A DNA stretch of 64,000 bases from Planctomycetota bacterium (GTDB taxonomy: Bacteria; Planctomycetota; UBA1135; UBA2386): contig JBKAGP010000001.1 in assembly GCA_046290465.1 (NCBI GenBank), forward strand, positions 224,001-288,000. Direction: 5' to 3'. The position numbers and the translations under genes are program-made. Positions 11,345-20,606 of the stretch are shown in pieces; within the stretch, counting starts at the first letter, position 1, and each line of letters starts with the position of its first letter. Below the pieces are notes generated by a model. It had not been told where the DNA came from, did no database searches, and saw only the letters and a list, made by a program, of their open reading frames with translations.

Positions 11345-12244
11345 ATGACCGAGACCCAATTGCCTGCAACCCTCCTTGCCAACGGACCCTACGCGCGTGA
11401 CGACGCGCCGTTCGCGCTGCTCGACGTGCTCGGTCCCGATGCGGGAGCGTTCCTGCAGCGGCTGTGTTCGCAGGACGTCGTCGGACTCGACGACGGGCAG
11501 CTCGCCCCGGCGGCGTTCCTCGACGCCAAGGGCAAGCTGGTCTGCACGGTGCTGGTCTGGCGCCGCGGGGACGGCTTCCGCCTGGAGACGCATCGCGAAC
11601 AGGTCGAGCGGCTGTTCGAACTGCTCGAGCGCTACCACTTCACCGAGAAGCTGAGCATCGCCAGGGTCGAGCAGGGCGGCTGCCACGAATACGTCGCCGC
11701 CGCCGCGGAGCCGGTCGCGAGCGCCGTCAACACCGACGACGGCTGCCAGCTGCGCTATGCGCGCCACGGCGTGCTGTTCGTGCGCAGCTACGGCGACACC
11801 ACGCGGGTGTCGGCGACGCCGCTGGCCGAAGACCTGGCCGAGGCGCTGCGCATGGCCGCGGGGCTGGTGCGCGTCGGTGTCGAGACCGAGGCGAGCACGC
11901 TGGCGCTGGAGGCCGGGCTCGACGACCACTGCTCGACGCGCAAGGGCTGCTACACCGGCCAGGAGATCGTCGCCCGCATCCACACCTACGGCCACGTCAA
12001 CCGCAAGCTGTGTCTGCTGCAGCTCGGCGGCGGCGACGCGATCGAGGCGCCCGCGACCCTGCTCGAGCCCGAGGACGAACTGCCGGTCGGGCGCGTCATG
12101 CACGCGGTGCCGGTCGCCGGCCACGACCTGCGCGTCGGACTCGGCTACCTGCCGAAGGACTTCCAGGCGCTCGGCACCAGGCTCCAGCTCGAGGACGGCG
12201 GGGTGGCGACGGTGGTGGGGTTCGGCGACGCCGCCGACGGCTGA
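11345..12244 (+). CDS. ygfZ: Folate-binding Fe-S maturation factor YgfZ
   Basis: Signature KGCYTGQEIVAR; GPDAGAFLQRLCSQDV N-terminus. Confidence 0.92.
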   Translation: MTETQLPATLLANGPYARDDAPFALLDVLGPDAGAFLQRLCSQDVVGLDDGQLAPAAFLDAKGKLVCTVLVWRRGDGFRLETHREQVERLFELLERYHFTEKLSIARVEQGGCHEYVAAAAEPVASAVNTDDGCQLRYARHGVLFVRSYGDTTRVSATPLAEDLAEALRMAAGLVRVGVETEASTLALEAGLDDHCSTRKGCYTGQEIVARIHTYGHVNRKLCLLQLGGGDAIEAPATLLEPEDELPVGRVMHAVPVAGHDLRVGLGYLPKDFQALGTRLQLEDGGVATVVGFGDAADG

Positions 12245-12257
12245 TGCGCCGCGCCGA

Positions 12258-12323
12258 CCGGCCAGGTGGCCCGGCCAGGTGGCCCGGCCAGGTGGCGCAG
12301 CTTGAACCGGGTTCGGTATGCGG
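12258..12323. repeat. 13-nt x3 tandem repeat fused to one arm of a dispersed REP-like element
   Basis: (CCGGCCAGGTGGC)x3 at 12258-12296; GTGGCGCAGCTTGAACCGGGTTCGGTATGCGG at 12292-12323 matches 52333-52364 at 31/32 nt. Confidence 0.9.
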
Positions 12324-12335
12324 TGTCTGGTGGGG

Positions 12336-13715
12336 TTACTTGCCGGACTTGGTGGGGGCCGGTTCGGCGCCGACAATGCGGATGTCGGCGTCCTTCAGGA
12401 TGTTCTCGCTGAACTCCTTGCCGCGCAGCACGCGCAGGCGCTGCAGCAGCTCCTTGTCGGTCGGGATCGGCTCCTGTTCGAGCACGGTGACCAGGTAGCA
12501 GCCGTTCTCGTCCTGCAGCGGCATCGACACCTCGGCAAGGCCGAGGGCGAACGCGGCCTTGACGATGACCTCCGGCAGCTGCTTCGACGAAGCCCGGTGC
12601 CAGCCGACGTCGCCGCCTTTGCGCTTGCTGGCGCCGTGCTCGCTCTCGATGCTCGCGGTGGCGGCGAAGCCGTCCTTGGCGATGCGTTCGCGGACCTTCA
12701 GCAGCTGCTGGCGCGCCTGCTCGAACGAACGGGTGATGATCGCGTTGGGCTCCTTGCGCGCGCGCAGGTAGATCAGGCCGATGCGGCGGCGGGGGCCGAC
12801 CTCGCGCATCACCTCGTCGCGCTGTTCGACGATCTGTTGGCGCAGCCGCGCGTCCGAGAAGTTGGCGAGCACCAGCTTGTCGAGCAGGATCTGCGAACGG
12901 AACGTGCGGAGCTCGCGCAGCGCGTCGATCGTCAGGCCCTGCGCCTCGAGCAGGTCCTCGAGCCTCACCTGCGAGAACCGCGGGTCCTGCTTCGCTTGCT
13001 GGCGGCGCGCCTCGACGGCTTCGTCGAGGTCCCGGTCGGTGACGCGCAGCTTCAGCTTCTCGGCCTGCTTCTCGATCGACTGCAGGTAGATGACCTGGCG
13101 GATGAAGCGGTCGCGTTCGAAGTCCTCGCTGGTGCGCAGCAGCAGCATGCCGAGGTCCATCAGCGGCACGTTCTGGTCGTCCATCTTCGCGACCGTACCG
13201 ATCGGCAGCTTGTCCGGGTCGGTCTCGATCGCGTGCCGCTTGCGAGCCTCGCCGATCCACAGCTTGAGCATGTCGCCGCTGACCTTCTCCTTCTCCGGGA
13301 GGCCGAGCTCCTTGCGCACCAGCCGTTCTTGCGAGATCTGCACCTTGAGGTCGTCGAGCCAGCGCTCCTCGTCGGTGTTGCGCACGGCGGCGACCGTGGC
13401 CGGGTCGACGCCGGCCGCCCGCAGCTGCTGCTGCAGCTGCTTCCAGAACTGCTCGGCGTCGGCGCGCGTCGGCGTCAGGCCGTGCTTCTGGGCCTCGGCG
13501 CGCGTCATCAGCGTGTCGACGATCATCTCGCAGGCCTCGCGGCCGCGGTCGCGACGCCGCAGGTGGAAGGCCATCTCGAGCGCGACGTCGGCGCGCGTCA
13601 CGGTCATCGGCTGACCTTCGAGCTTGTAGGTGGCCAGGACCTCGGTCGGCGCCTGCGGGCACGCAAGCGCCGTCGCGGCGAGGAACAGGATGCTGAGGGG
13701 TGCGGTCGCGGACAT
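12336..13715 (-). CDS. Exported SurA/PpiC-type (parvulin) peptidyl-prolyl isomerase
   Basis: Signal peptide; FAATASIESEHGASKRKGGDVGW and AAFALGLAEVSMPLQDENGCYLV parvulin pattern. Confidence 0.75.
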   Translation of the reverse strand: MSATAPLSILFLAATALACPQAPTEVLATYKLEGQPMTVTRADVALEMAFHLRRRDRGREACEMIVDTLMTRAEAQKHGLTPTRADAEQFWKQLQQQLRAAGVDPATVAAVRNTDEERWLDDLKVQISQERLVRKELGLPEKEKVSGDMLKLWIGEARKRHAIETDPDKLPIGTVAKMDDQNVPLMDLGMLLLRTSEDFERDRFIRQVIYLQSIEKQAEKLKLRVTDRDLDEAVEARRQQAKQDPRFSQVRLEDLLEAQGLTIDALRELRTFRSQILLDKLVLANFSDARLRQQIVEQRDEVMREVGPRRRIGLIYLRARKEPNAIITRSFEQARQQLLKVRERIAKDGFAATASIESEHGASKRKGGDVGWHRASSKQLPEVIVKAAFALGLAEVSMPLQDENGCYLVTVLEQEPIPTDKELLQRLRVLRGKEFSENILKDADIRIVGAEPAPTKSGK

Positions 13716-13762
13716 GAGCCGTCGGACGATACCAGACGGCCGTCGCTTCCCGGGACCCCCGA

Positions 13763-14584
13763 TCAGCCGAACCGGCCCTCGATGTAGTCGGAGGTCTCCT
13801 TCTGCTGCGGCGACACGAACATGCGTTCGGTGGCGCTGTGCTCGATCACCTTGCCCAGCAGCATGAAGACGCACTCGTCGCTGGCGCGGCGGGCCTGGGC
13901 CATGTTGTGGGTGACGATCAGGATCGAGTACTTGCCGCGCAGCTCCCAGATCAGCTCCTCGACCGCCGAGGTGGCCTCGGGGTCGAGCGCCGAGCACGGC
14001 TCGTCCATCAGCAGCACGCTCGGTCGGGTCGGCAGCAGCCGCGCGATGCACAGCTTCTGCTGTTCTTCGAGCGACAGGCCGGTGGCCTTGGTCGACAGCT
14101 TGTCCTTGACGCGGTCCCACAGCAGCACCTGCTGCAGCGCCTGCTCGACGACGGCGTCCTCGTCGGCGCGCGAGGTCTTGCCCTCGCGGTGCAGGCGGTG
14201 GCCGAACAGCACGTTGTCGCGGATCGACAGCGGCAGCGGGTTGGGCCGCTGGAACACCATGCCGACGTGGCGGCGGACCTGGATGCGCGACGCGTCCGCG
14301 CCGTAGATGTCCTCGCCGAGCACCTCGATGGTGCCGGTCGTGCGCACGTAGCCGAGCCGTTCGTTGATGCGGTTGCAGCTGCGCAGCAGCGTCGACTTGC
14401 CGCAGCCCGACGGCCCGATCATCGACGTGACGATGCCGGACTTGATGGTCAGGTGGACGTCGTGCAGCGCCTGGAAGTCGCCGTACCAGAGGCTCATGTC
14501 GCGGACCGCGATGGCCGGCATCGCGTTGGCGGCGGCGTCGAGCACGGGGTCGCCCGGCGCGTGGGGTGCGGTGTGATCAGCCAA
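13763..14584 (-). CDS. pstB: Phosphate ABC ATPase PstB, copy A (degenerate signature motif)
   Basis: GPSGCGKST, VGMVFQRPNP, LLMDEPCSALDP, VTHNMAQARR, YIEGRFG; signature reads LSLEEQQK. Confidence 0.93.
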   Translation of the reverse strand: MADHTAPHAPGDPVLDAAANAMPAIAVRDMSLWYGDFQALHDVHLTIKSGIVTSMIGPSGCGKSTLLRSCNRINERLGYVRTTGTIEVLGEDIYGADASRIQVRRHVGMVFQRPNPLPLSIRDNVLFGHRLHREGKTSRADEDAVVEQALQQVLLWDRVKDKLSTKATGLSLEEQQKLCIARLLPTRPSVLLMDEPCSALDPEATSAVEELIWELRGKYSILIVTHNMAQARRASDECVFMLLGKVIEHSATERMFVSPQQKETSDYIEGRFG

Positions 14585-15437
14585 AGCGGCCCTCCAGGTA
14601 GTCGACGGTGCGCTGGTCCTTGGCGCCGCCGGTGAACAGGTCCTCGGTCTCGCCGATCTCGACGCAGCTGCCGTTCAGGAAGAACGCGGTGCGGTCGGCG
14701 AGGCGACGGGCCTGCTGCACGAGGTTGGTGACCAGCACGATGGTCATCTCGTGGCGGAGCTCCTTGAGCACCTCCTCGATCCGCATCGTGGTGACCGGGT
14801 CGACCGCGATCGAGAACTCGTCGAGCAGCAGCACCTCCGGCTGCTGCGACAGCGCGCGTGCGATCGTCAGCCGCTGCTGCTGGCCGCCGGACAGCAGCGA
14901 GCCGAGGTTGGACAGCCGGTCCTTGACCTCGTCCCACAGCGCTGCGCGGGTCAGGCAGCGCTCGACGATGCCGTCGAGCTCGGACCTGCGCGTGATGCCG
15001 CTCAGCCGCGGCGCCAGCGCCACGTTGTCGTAGATCGACAGCGGCAGGCCGACCGGCAGCGGGAACACCACGCCGATGAAGCGGCGCAGCGCGTAGAGGT
15101 TCTGCACGTCGCGCACGTTGCGGCCGGCGAACTCGATGGTGCCGTCGACCTGCATGTCGTCGACGAACTCGTCCATGCGGTTGAGCGCGCGCAGGAACGA
15201 GGTCTTGCCGGCGTTGGCGGGGCCGATGATGCCGAAGATCTCGTTGCGCTGGACCTCGAAGCTGACGTTCTGCAGCGCGACCTTGTCGCCGTAGCGGATG
15301 GTCACATCGGCGAACCGCAGCATCGGTTGGCTCTGCCCAGTATCGCTGTTGCCAGTGTGGCTCTGCATGGTCGGGTCCTGCACGGTCGGGTCCTGCACGG
15401 TCGGGTCCTGCTCGGTGGCGTCGGTCGGGCCTACCAC
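14577..15437 (-). CDS. pstB: Phosphate ABC ATPase PstB, copy B (degenerate Q-, D- and H-loops)
   Basis: GGGAGG RBS before GTG 15437; GPANAGKTS, AALWDEVKDRL, LSGGQQQRL, LLDEFSIAVDP, VTNLVQQARR, YLEGRFG. Confidence 0.9.
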   Translation of the reverse strand: MVGPTDATEQDPTVQDPTVQDPTMQSHTGNSDTGQSQPMLRFADVTIRYGDKVALQNVSFEVQRNEIFGIIGPANAGKTSFLRALNRMDEFVDDMQVDGTIEFAGRNVRDVQNLYALRRFIGVVFPLPVGLPLSIYDNVALAPRLSGITRRSELDGIVERCLTRAALWDEVKDRLSNLGSLLSGGQQQRLTIARALSQQPEVLLLDEFSIAVDPVTTMRIEEVLKELRHEMTIVLVTNLVQQARRLADRTAFFLNGSCVEIGETEDLFTGGAKDQRTVDYLEGRFG

Positions 15438-16306
15438 TTCTTCCTCCCGCGCAGGCGCATGCGCAGCCAGATGGCGATGGCGTTCATCGCGAGCACGACC
15501 AGGATCAGCGTCAGCGCGACCGCGAACGGAACCTCGCGCGGCACGTTGGTCACCTGCGTCGAGACCGTGTAGAGGTGGTACGACAGCGCCATCGTGCGGT
15601 CGAACACCGAGTCCGGGGAGACCAGTCGCAGGAACACCGCGCCGGTGAACATGATCGGCGCGGTCTCGCCGACCGCGCGGCTGACCACCAGGATCAGGCC
15701 GGTCAGGATGCCGCTGACGGAGTTCGGCAGCACGATCGTCGCGATCGTCTGCCAGCGGGTCGCGCCCATGTTCCAGCACGCCTCGCGGAAGCTGTGCGGC
15801 ACCGCCTGCAGCGACTCGCGCGTCGACACGATCACGACCGGCAGCGTCATCACCGCCAGCGTGCAGCCGGCGGCGAGCACCGATTCGCCGAAGTTGAGGA
15901 AGTAGACGAACGCACCGACGCCGAACAGCGCGTGCACGATCGACGGCACGCCGGCGAGGTTGACGATCGCCAGGTTGATCAGGCGGGTCAGCCAGTTGTC
16001 CTTGGCGTACTCGCTGAGGTAGACGGCGGCCGCGACGCCGAGCGGCAGCGCCACCGCCAGCGCGACGCCGGTCAGGCAGACCGTGCCGACCAGCGCCGGC
16101 CAGATGCCGCCCTTGGCGCCGAGTTCGCTCGGCTTGTCGAAGAAGAACGACCACGACAGCGCCGGCCAGCCCTCGACGACCAGCACCGAGAGGATGCCGA
16201 GCACCGGCAGCAGCAGGAACATCACGAAGCCGGCGAACAGCGTGCGCACCAGCTTCTGGGTCGACAGACCCTTCTGCTCCATCTGGGTGGGGACGAAGGT
16301 GCTCAT
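15431..16306 (-). CDS. pstA: Phosphate ABC permease PstA
   Basis: GGIWPALVGT, YLSEYA, LAGVPSIV, RAVGETAP. Confidence 0.95.
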   Translation of the reverse strand: MSTFVPTQMEQKGLSTQKLVRTLFAGFVMFLLLPVLGILSVLVVEGWPALSWSFFFDKPSELGAKGGIWPALVGTVCLTGVALAVALPLGVAAAVYLSEYAKDNWLTRLINLAIVNLAGVPSIVHALFGVGAFVYFLNFGESVLAAGCTLAVMTLPVVIVSTRESLQAVPHSFREACWNMGATRWQTIATIVLPNSVSGILTGLILVVSRAVGETAPIMFTGAVFLRLVSPDSVFDRTMALSYHLYTVSTQVTNVPREVPFAVALTLILVVLAMNAIAIWLRMRLRGRKKW

Positions 16307-17256
16307 CGCCGCCCCCGTCCGCGCACGATCCAGTCGGCGACCAGGTTGATCGAGAACGTGATCAGGAACAGCAGCAGGCCGAGCACGAACAGGACCTGGT
16401 AGTGGTCACTGCCGACGGCGGCTTCGCCGAGCTCGGCGGCGATCGTCGCGGTCAGGGTCGCGGCGCTGTCGAACACGCTCTCGGGCGCCATCAGGCGGTG
16501 GCCGCTCGCCATCAACACGGCGATCGTCTCGCCGAACGCGCGGCCGATGCCGAGCAGCACGGCGGCCGACAGGCCCGGCCGGGCGTGCGGCAGCACGACC
16601 TTCCAGATCACCTGCCAGCGGGTCGCGCCGAGCGCTTCGGCGGCCTCGCGGTAGCTGTCCGGCACGGCCTTCAGTGCGTCCTCGGCGATGGTGGTGATGA
16701 TCGGTGCAGCCATCAGCCCGAGGATCAGGCCGGCGTTGAGCACGTTGAGGCCGACCTGCACGCCGAACGTGTCCTTGATCCACGGCGCGATCACCGCGAG
16801 GCCGATCACGCCCCAGACCACCGACGGGATCGCCGCCAGCAGTTCGATGACGATCTTGAGCCACTCGCGCTGCTTGCCGCGCGCGAACTCGCCGACGTAG
16901 ACGGCCGCGCAGAACGCCAGCGGCACCGCGATCAGCATCGCGACCACGGTGATCCAGGCGGTGCCCGCGATCAGCGGCATCGCGCCGTAGCTCGGCGGCT
17001 TGGCGGTCGGCTCCCATCGGTCGCCGAACAGCAGTTCGCTGATCGACAGGCGATCGAAGGCGAACTCGGCGCCCTGCGAGAAGATGAACAGGAAGATCGC
17101 GCCGATGAACAGGATCGCCGACACGCCGCCGATCGAGACGAGGCTGCGGGCGCCGAAGTCCCGCCACCACGCGCCGTCGCGTCGGTCGAGGCTCTGCAGG
17201 CGCTTGGCCGTCGCTGCCGGGTCGCTACCAGGTGGGGGAGAGCTCGCGTCGGTCAC
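16303..17256 (-). CDS. pstC: Phosphate ABC permease PstC
   Basis: ELLAAIPSVVWG, EAAEALGATRWQ (EAA loop), RAFGETIAV; GTG start assumed. Confidence 0.95.
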   Translation of the reverse strand: MTDASSPPPGSDPAATAKRLQSLDRRDGAWWRDFGARSLVSIGGVSAILFIGAIFLFIFSQGAEFAFDRLSISELLFGDRWEPTAKPPSYGAMPLIAGTAWITVVAMLIAVPLAFCAAVYVGEFARGKQREWLKIVIELLAAIPSVVWGVIGLAVIAPWIKDTFGVQVGLNVLNAGLILGLMAAPIITTIAEDALKAVPDSYREAAEALGATRWQVIWKVVLPHARPGLSAAVLLGIGRAFGETIAVLMASGHRLMAPESVFDSAATLTATIAAELGEAAVGSDHYQVLFVLGLLLFLITFSINLVADWIVRGRGRR

Positions 17257-17258
17257 GG

Positions 17259-18323
17259 TCAGCTCGCTTGTTCGCCGCGGAGGTTCTCCATCAGCTCGCG
17301 GATCATGGGGGTCAGTTGGCGGTAGACGCTCTCCGGGCCGTCGCTCGGGTCGACCTGCCAGGTGATCATCGTGGTGTGGAACGGCAGCCGGCCGAGCCGG
17401 TCGCGGATGCTCGGCTCGAGCCCGACTACCAGGTCGTAGTCGATCAGCTCCTCGCGCATCGTGTCGAACCCGACCGGCCAGGCGCGCCCGAGGTCGATGC
17501 CGACGCTGCCGGCGAACGTGGCGAAGTCGGCGTCCAGCTCTTCGCCCGGTTCGAGGCCGGCGCTGCGGTAGCGGCCGCTGTTGGGGAACGCCTTGGTCGT
17601 GAAGTGCTCGGCGAGCTGGCTGGTGCCGGTGTTGAGCTCGTCGACGAACAGGATGTTGAAGGTCTTCTCGCCCTTGGTCTTGCCGTTGACGACGAACACC
17701 GTCTCTTCGCAGATGTTCTTCGCCTGGTGGATGACGCGCTCGAGCCGGTTGAACGTCGCCATCAGCGCGAACAGCTCCGATGACGGTCGGCTGTTGGCCT
17801 CGCCCTCGCGGGCCAGGTCGGTGAACACCCGGTCGAAGTAGCGGGCGAACTGCGAGGCGTTGGCCAGCGTCGACATCGCCAGCTCGACCTCGCGCGACGT
17901 GAAGCTGCGCAGCGCGTCGGCGAGCAGGCGATGGGCCTGTTCGGCCATCATCTCGATGTCGCGCGCGACCACCGGCGGCGGCGGCGTCGACAGCTGCGCG
18001 GCGGTGCGCGAGATCGTCGTGGCGTAGTCGCCGATGCGCTCGAGGCCGATGCTCAGCCGTAGCACCGCCGACACCGTGCGCAGGTGGCCGGCGCTCGGCA
18101 GGTGGCGGGCGACGAACGCGTGGCACAGGCGATCGAGCTCGCGCGTCTGCCGGTTGGTGGTGTAGTCGCCGAGGATCGTCTGCGCGGCGAGCTCCTTGTC
18201 GACCTGCAGCACGGCGCGCACCGACTGGTCGAGCGCCTTCAGGATCGATTGTCCGACGATGCCGACCAGCTCGTCGATCCAGTTGAGGTCTCGTACCAGG
18301 CGTTCTTCGTAGTGGCTCGTCAC
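17259..18323 (-). CDS. phoU: PhoU fused to a degenerate ArsC/LMW-PTP-like domain
   Basis: Two PhoU repeats (LERIGDYA, LERVIHQAKNICEE) then ILFVDELNTGTSQLAE..SAG..YDLVV; GTG start at 18323. Confidence 0.88.
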   Translation of the reverse strand: MTSHYEERLVRDLNWIDELVGIVGQSILKALDQSVRAVLQVDKELAAQTILGDYTTNRQTRELDRLCHAFVARHLPSAGHLRTVSAVLRLSIGLERIGDYATTISRTAAQLSTPPPPVVARDIEMMAEQAHRLLADALRSFTSREVELAMSTLANASQFARYFDRVFTDLAREGEANSRPSSELFALMATFNRLERVIHQAKNICEETVFVVNGKTKGEKTFNILFVDELNTGTSQLAEHFTTKAFPNSGRYRSAGLEPGEELDADFATFAGSVGIDLGRAWPVGFDTMREELIDYDLVVGLEPSIRDRLGRLPFHTTMITWQVDPSDGPESVYRQLTPMIRELMENLRGEQAS

Positions 18324-18533
18324 GTCTCGTTCTGCTTCCTTCCCCGGCGCGGGGGAACGCAGCAGTGTGGCGGCGCCGTCTGTGCGCGTAAAGCTCCGCC
18401 CCCGAATCGTGGCGACGATCCGGTCGAACAGCGTCGGCGCGTCGAGCCTCGGCTGCGGTGCCTCACGCACCGTGGCTCCCGTGTTCGGCGTGGTGCACGG
18501 CGGGGTTCCCAGCGGGGCTCACAGCGGCGGGGC

Positions 18534-19397
18534 TCACAGCGGGCGCACCGGCGAGTAGCCGCGGTTCTTCAGGACCGTCTGGCCGTCGTCGCCGAGGATC
18601 CAGTCGAGGTACTCCTTGACGGCGCCCTGCGGCTGGCCGTTGGTGTACATGTAGAGCGGGCGCGAGATCGGGTAGCTGCGGTCGAGGATCGTGTCGTTCG
18701 ACGGCGTCACCGGCTCGCCGCCGCCCTTGTTGACGACCGGCAGCAGCCGCACGTGCTCGGTCGCGTAGGCGAGGCCGCTGTAGCCGATCGCGTTGAGGCT
18801 GCCGCTGCAGAACTCGACCACGTCCTTGCTGCCGTTGAGGTTCAGGCAGCGCGGCTTGAAGCGGCCCTTCTTGCCGAGCACCGCCTCGCGGAAGTACTCG
18901 TAGGTGCCGCTGTTGTTCTGGCGGCTGACCAGCACGACCTCGTTGTCCTGCTCGTTGCCGAAGTCGACGCCGAGCTGGGTCCAGTTCTCGAGTTCGCCGC
19001 CGTCGCCGAACAGCGCGTCGAGCTGCTCCATGGTGATCGACTGCAGCGGGTTGTCCTTGTGCACGTAGACCGCGATGCCGTCGAAGCCGACGATGTGCTC
19101 GACCGGCTCCTGGCCGAGCGCGCGGGCGCGCTTGTCCTCGGACGGCTTCAGCTTGCGCGAGCTGTTGGCGAGGTCGATCGTGCCCGAGATGACGTTGGCG
19201 ATGCCGGTGCCGGAGCCGCCGCCGGAGACCGAGATGACGATGTGGTCGGTGACCTTGTCGTAGGCCTCGGCCCAGGCGCCGGCGACCTCCAGCATGGTGT
19301 CGCTACCCTTGTTGCAGACCTCGGTGTAGCTGCGGCCGGACTTCCAGAAGCAGCCGGTCAGAAGGCAGCTGAGCAGGGCGACGAGGGCGATCTTCAC
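18534..19397 (-). CDS. pstS: Phosphate-binding lipoprotein PstS
   Basis: Lipobox LLTGC; KGSDTM, GGGSGTGI, SRQNNSGTYEYF, YPISRPLYMY. Confidence 0.95.
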   Translation of the reverse strand: MKIALVALLSCLLTGCFWKSGRSYTEVCNKGSDTMLEVAGAWAEAYDKVTDHIVISVSGGGSGTGIANVISGTIDLANSSRKLKPSEDKRARALGQEPVEHIVGFDGIAVYVHKDNPLQSITMEQLDALFGDGGELENWTQLGVDFGNEQDNEVVLVSRQNNSGTYEYFREAVLGKKGRFKPRCLNLNGSKDVVEFCSGSLNAIGYSGLAYATEHVRLLPVVNKGGGEPVTPSNDTILDRSYPISRPLYMYTNGQPQGAVKEYLDWILGDDGQTVLKNRGYSPVRPL

Positions 19398-19471
19398 GGT
19401 GGTCGAGGGGCAGCGAGGGGTGGCCGGAGCGGCCGCGGGCGCGGTTCCGGGGTGACGTATGCTGCACGCCG

Positions 19472-19512
19472 TCATCAAGGCCCCTCGGAGACTTGATGAA
19501 GAAACGATGAAG
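19472..19512 (-). promoter_or_regulatory. Pho-box-like direct repeat plus inverted repeat upstream of pstS
   Basis: Minus strand CTTCATCGTTT CTTCATCAAGT (11-nt period, 19491-19512); overlapping IR TCATCAAG-N12-CTTGATGA (19472-19499). Confidence 0.6.
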
Positions 19513-19520
19513 GATGCCGC

Positions 19521-20606
19521 TCAGCCGGTCGTGCGGGAGGCGCTGCCGCCGGTCGCCGGGCGCGGCGAACGATGCCGCGCGATCGGCGGGGTCTGCGGGG
19601 CGTCGTCCATCGGCACCAGCGGCGGCAGGCCGTTGGCGTCGACCTGCTCCCCGGGCGGGCGGTGGCGGAAGCGGCGGCTCTGCCAGAACCACTGCTCGGG
19701 CGCTTCGACGATGCCCTGGCCGAGCGCCTTGTTGATGCGGGTCGTGATCGCGACCAGGTCGCGCTCGCGGTCGCCGGTGCCGGCCTCGCGCACGATGTCG
19801 AACACCCGCAGCCGGTAGCGCATCCGGCCGGTGCGCAGCACGGCGACCACGGCGATCGGCGCGCCGGTCGACAGGTGCAGCAGGGCCGGCGTCGCGACGG
19901 TGCGCGCCGAGATGCCGAGGAACGGCGCGACCACGGCGCTGTGCTTGCCGCCGCCGTCGGACAGCAGCCCGATGACCTGCTTGTCCTCGAGCGTCTTCTT
20001 CAGGGTCCACATGACCTTCTTGCGCGCGACGACGGTCTGGCCGGTGCCGGTGCGCAGCCGTTCGATCAGGCGGTTGAGCGCCGGCAGCGGGCTCGGCCGG
20101 AACACCGACGTGATCGGCAGGCCGAGCAGGCCGGCGACGTAGCCGCTGACGTCCCAGACGCCGACGTGGCCGGTCGCGAAGATCAGCCCGTTGCCCTCCT
20201 CGTAGAGTTCCTGCAGCTGCGGGTACTCGTCGAGGTCGCAGTGCAGGTGCAAGTTGTCGGCGGTGATCCGACGCATGCGGCAGAAGTCGATCATGATCCA
20301 CGCGATGTGGCGCGACCACTTCCACATGTGGCCCTTCGGGCGATGCGGGCCGAGCTGCGAGCCCTCGCGGAAGGCCAGCCGCGTGTTGCGCCAGTAGCCG
20401 CTGGAGCGGCGGCCGCGGCGGTCGTGCAGCGACCAGTAGAGCCACCACGGGATCGCCAGCAGGTCGCCGAGCGCATAGGCGAGCCAGCTCGGCAGGATCG
20501 AGATCGACCAGATCAGCGCAGCCAGCAGACCGACGACGACCCGCTGCCAGAGCGCCTCGCGCGGCGGCTTCTTCGGGCTCGGGTCGATGGCGTCCGTCTC
20601 GGTCAT
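19521..20606 (-). CDS. Lipid A acyltransferase family (LpxL/HtrB-like)
   Basis: TGHVGVWD (HxxxxD/E), APFLG, APEQWFWQSRRF. Confidence 0.85.
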   Translation of the reverse strand: MTETDAIDPSPKKPPREALWQRVVVGLLAALIWSISILPSWLAYALGDLLAIPWWLYWSLHDRRGRRSSGYWRNTRLAFREGSQLGPHRPKGHMWKWSRHIAWIMIDFCRMRRITADNLHLHCDLDEYPQLQELYEEGNGLIFATGHVGVWDVSGYVAGLLGLPITSVFRPSPLPALNRLIERLRTGTGQTVVARKKVMWTLKKTLEDKQVIGLLSDGGGKHSAVVAPFLGISARTVATPALLHLSTGAPIAVVAVLRTGRMRYRLRVFDIVREAGTGDRERDLVAITTRINKALGQGIVEAPEQWFWQSRRFRHRPPGEQVDANGLPPLVPMDDAPQTPPIARHRSPRPATGGSASRTTG

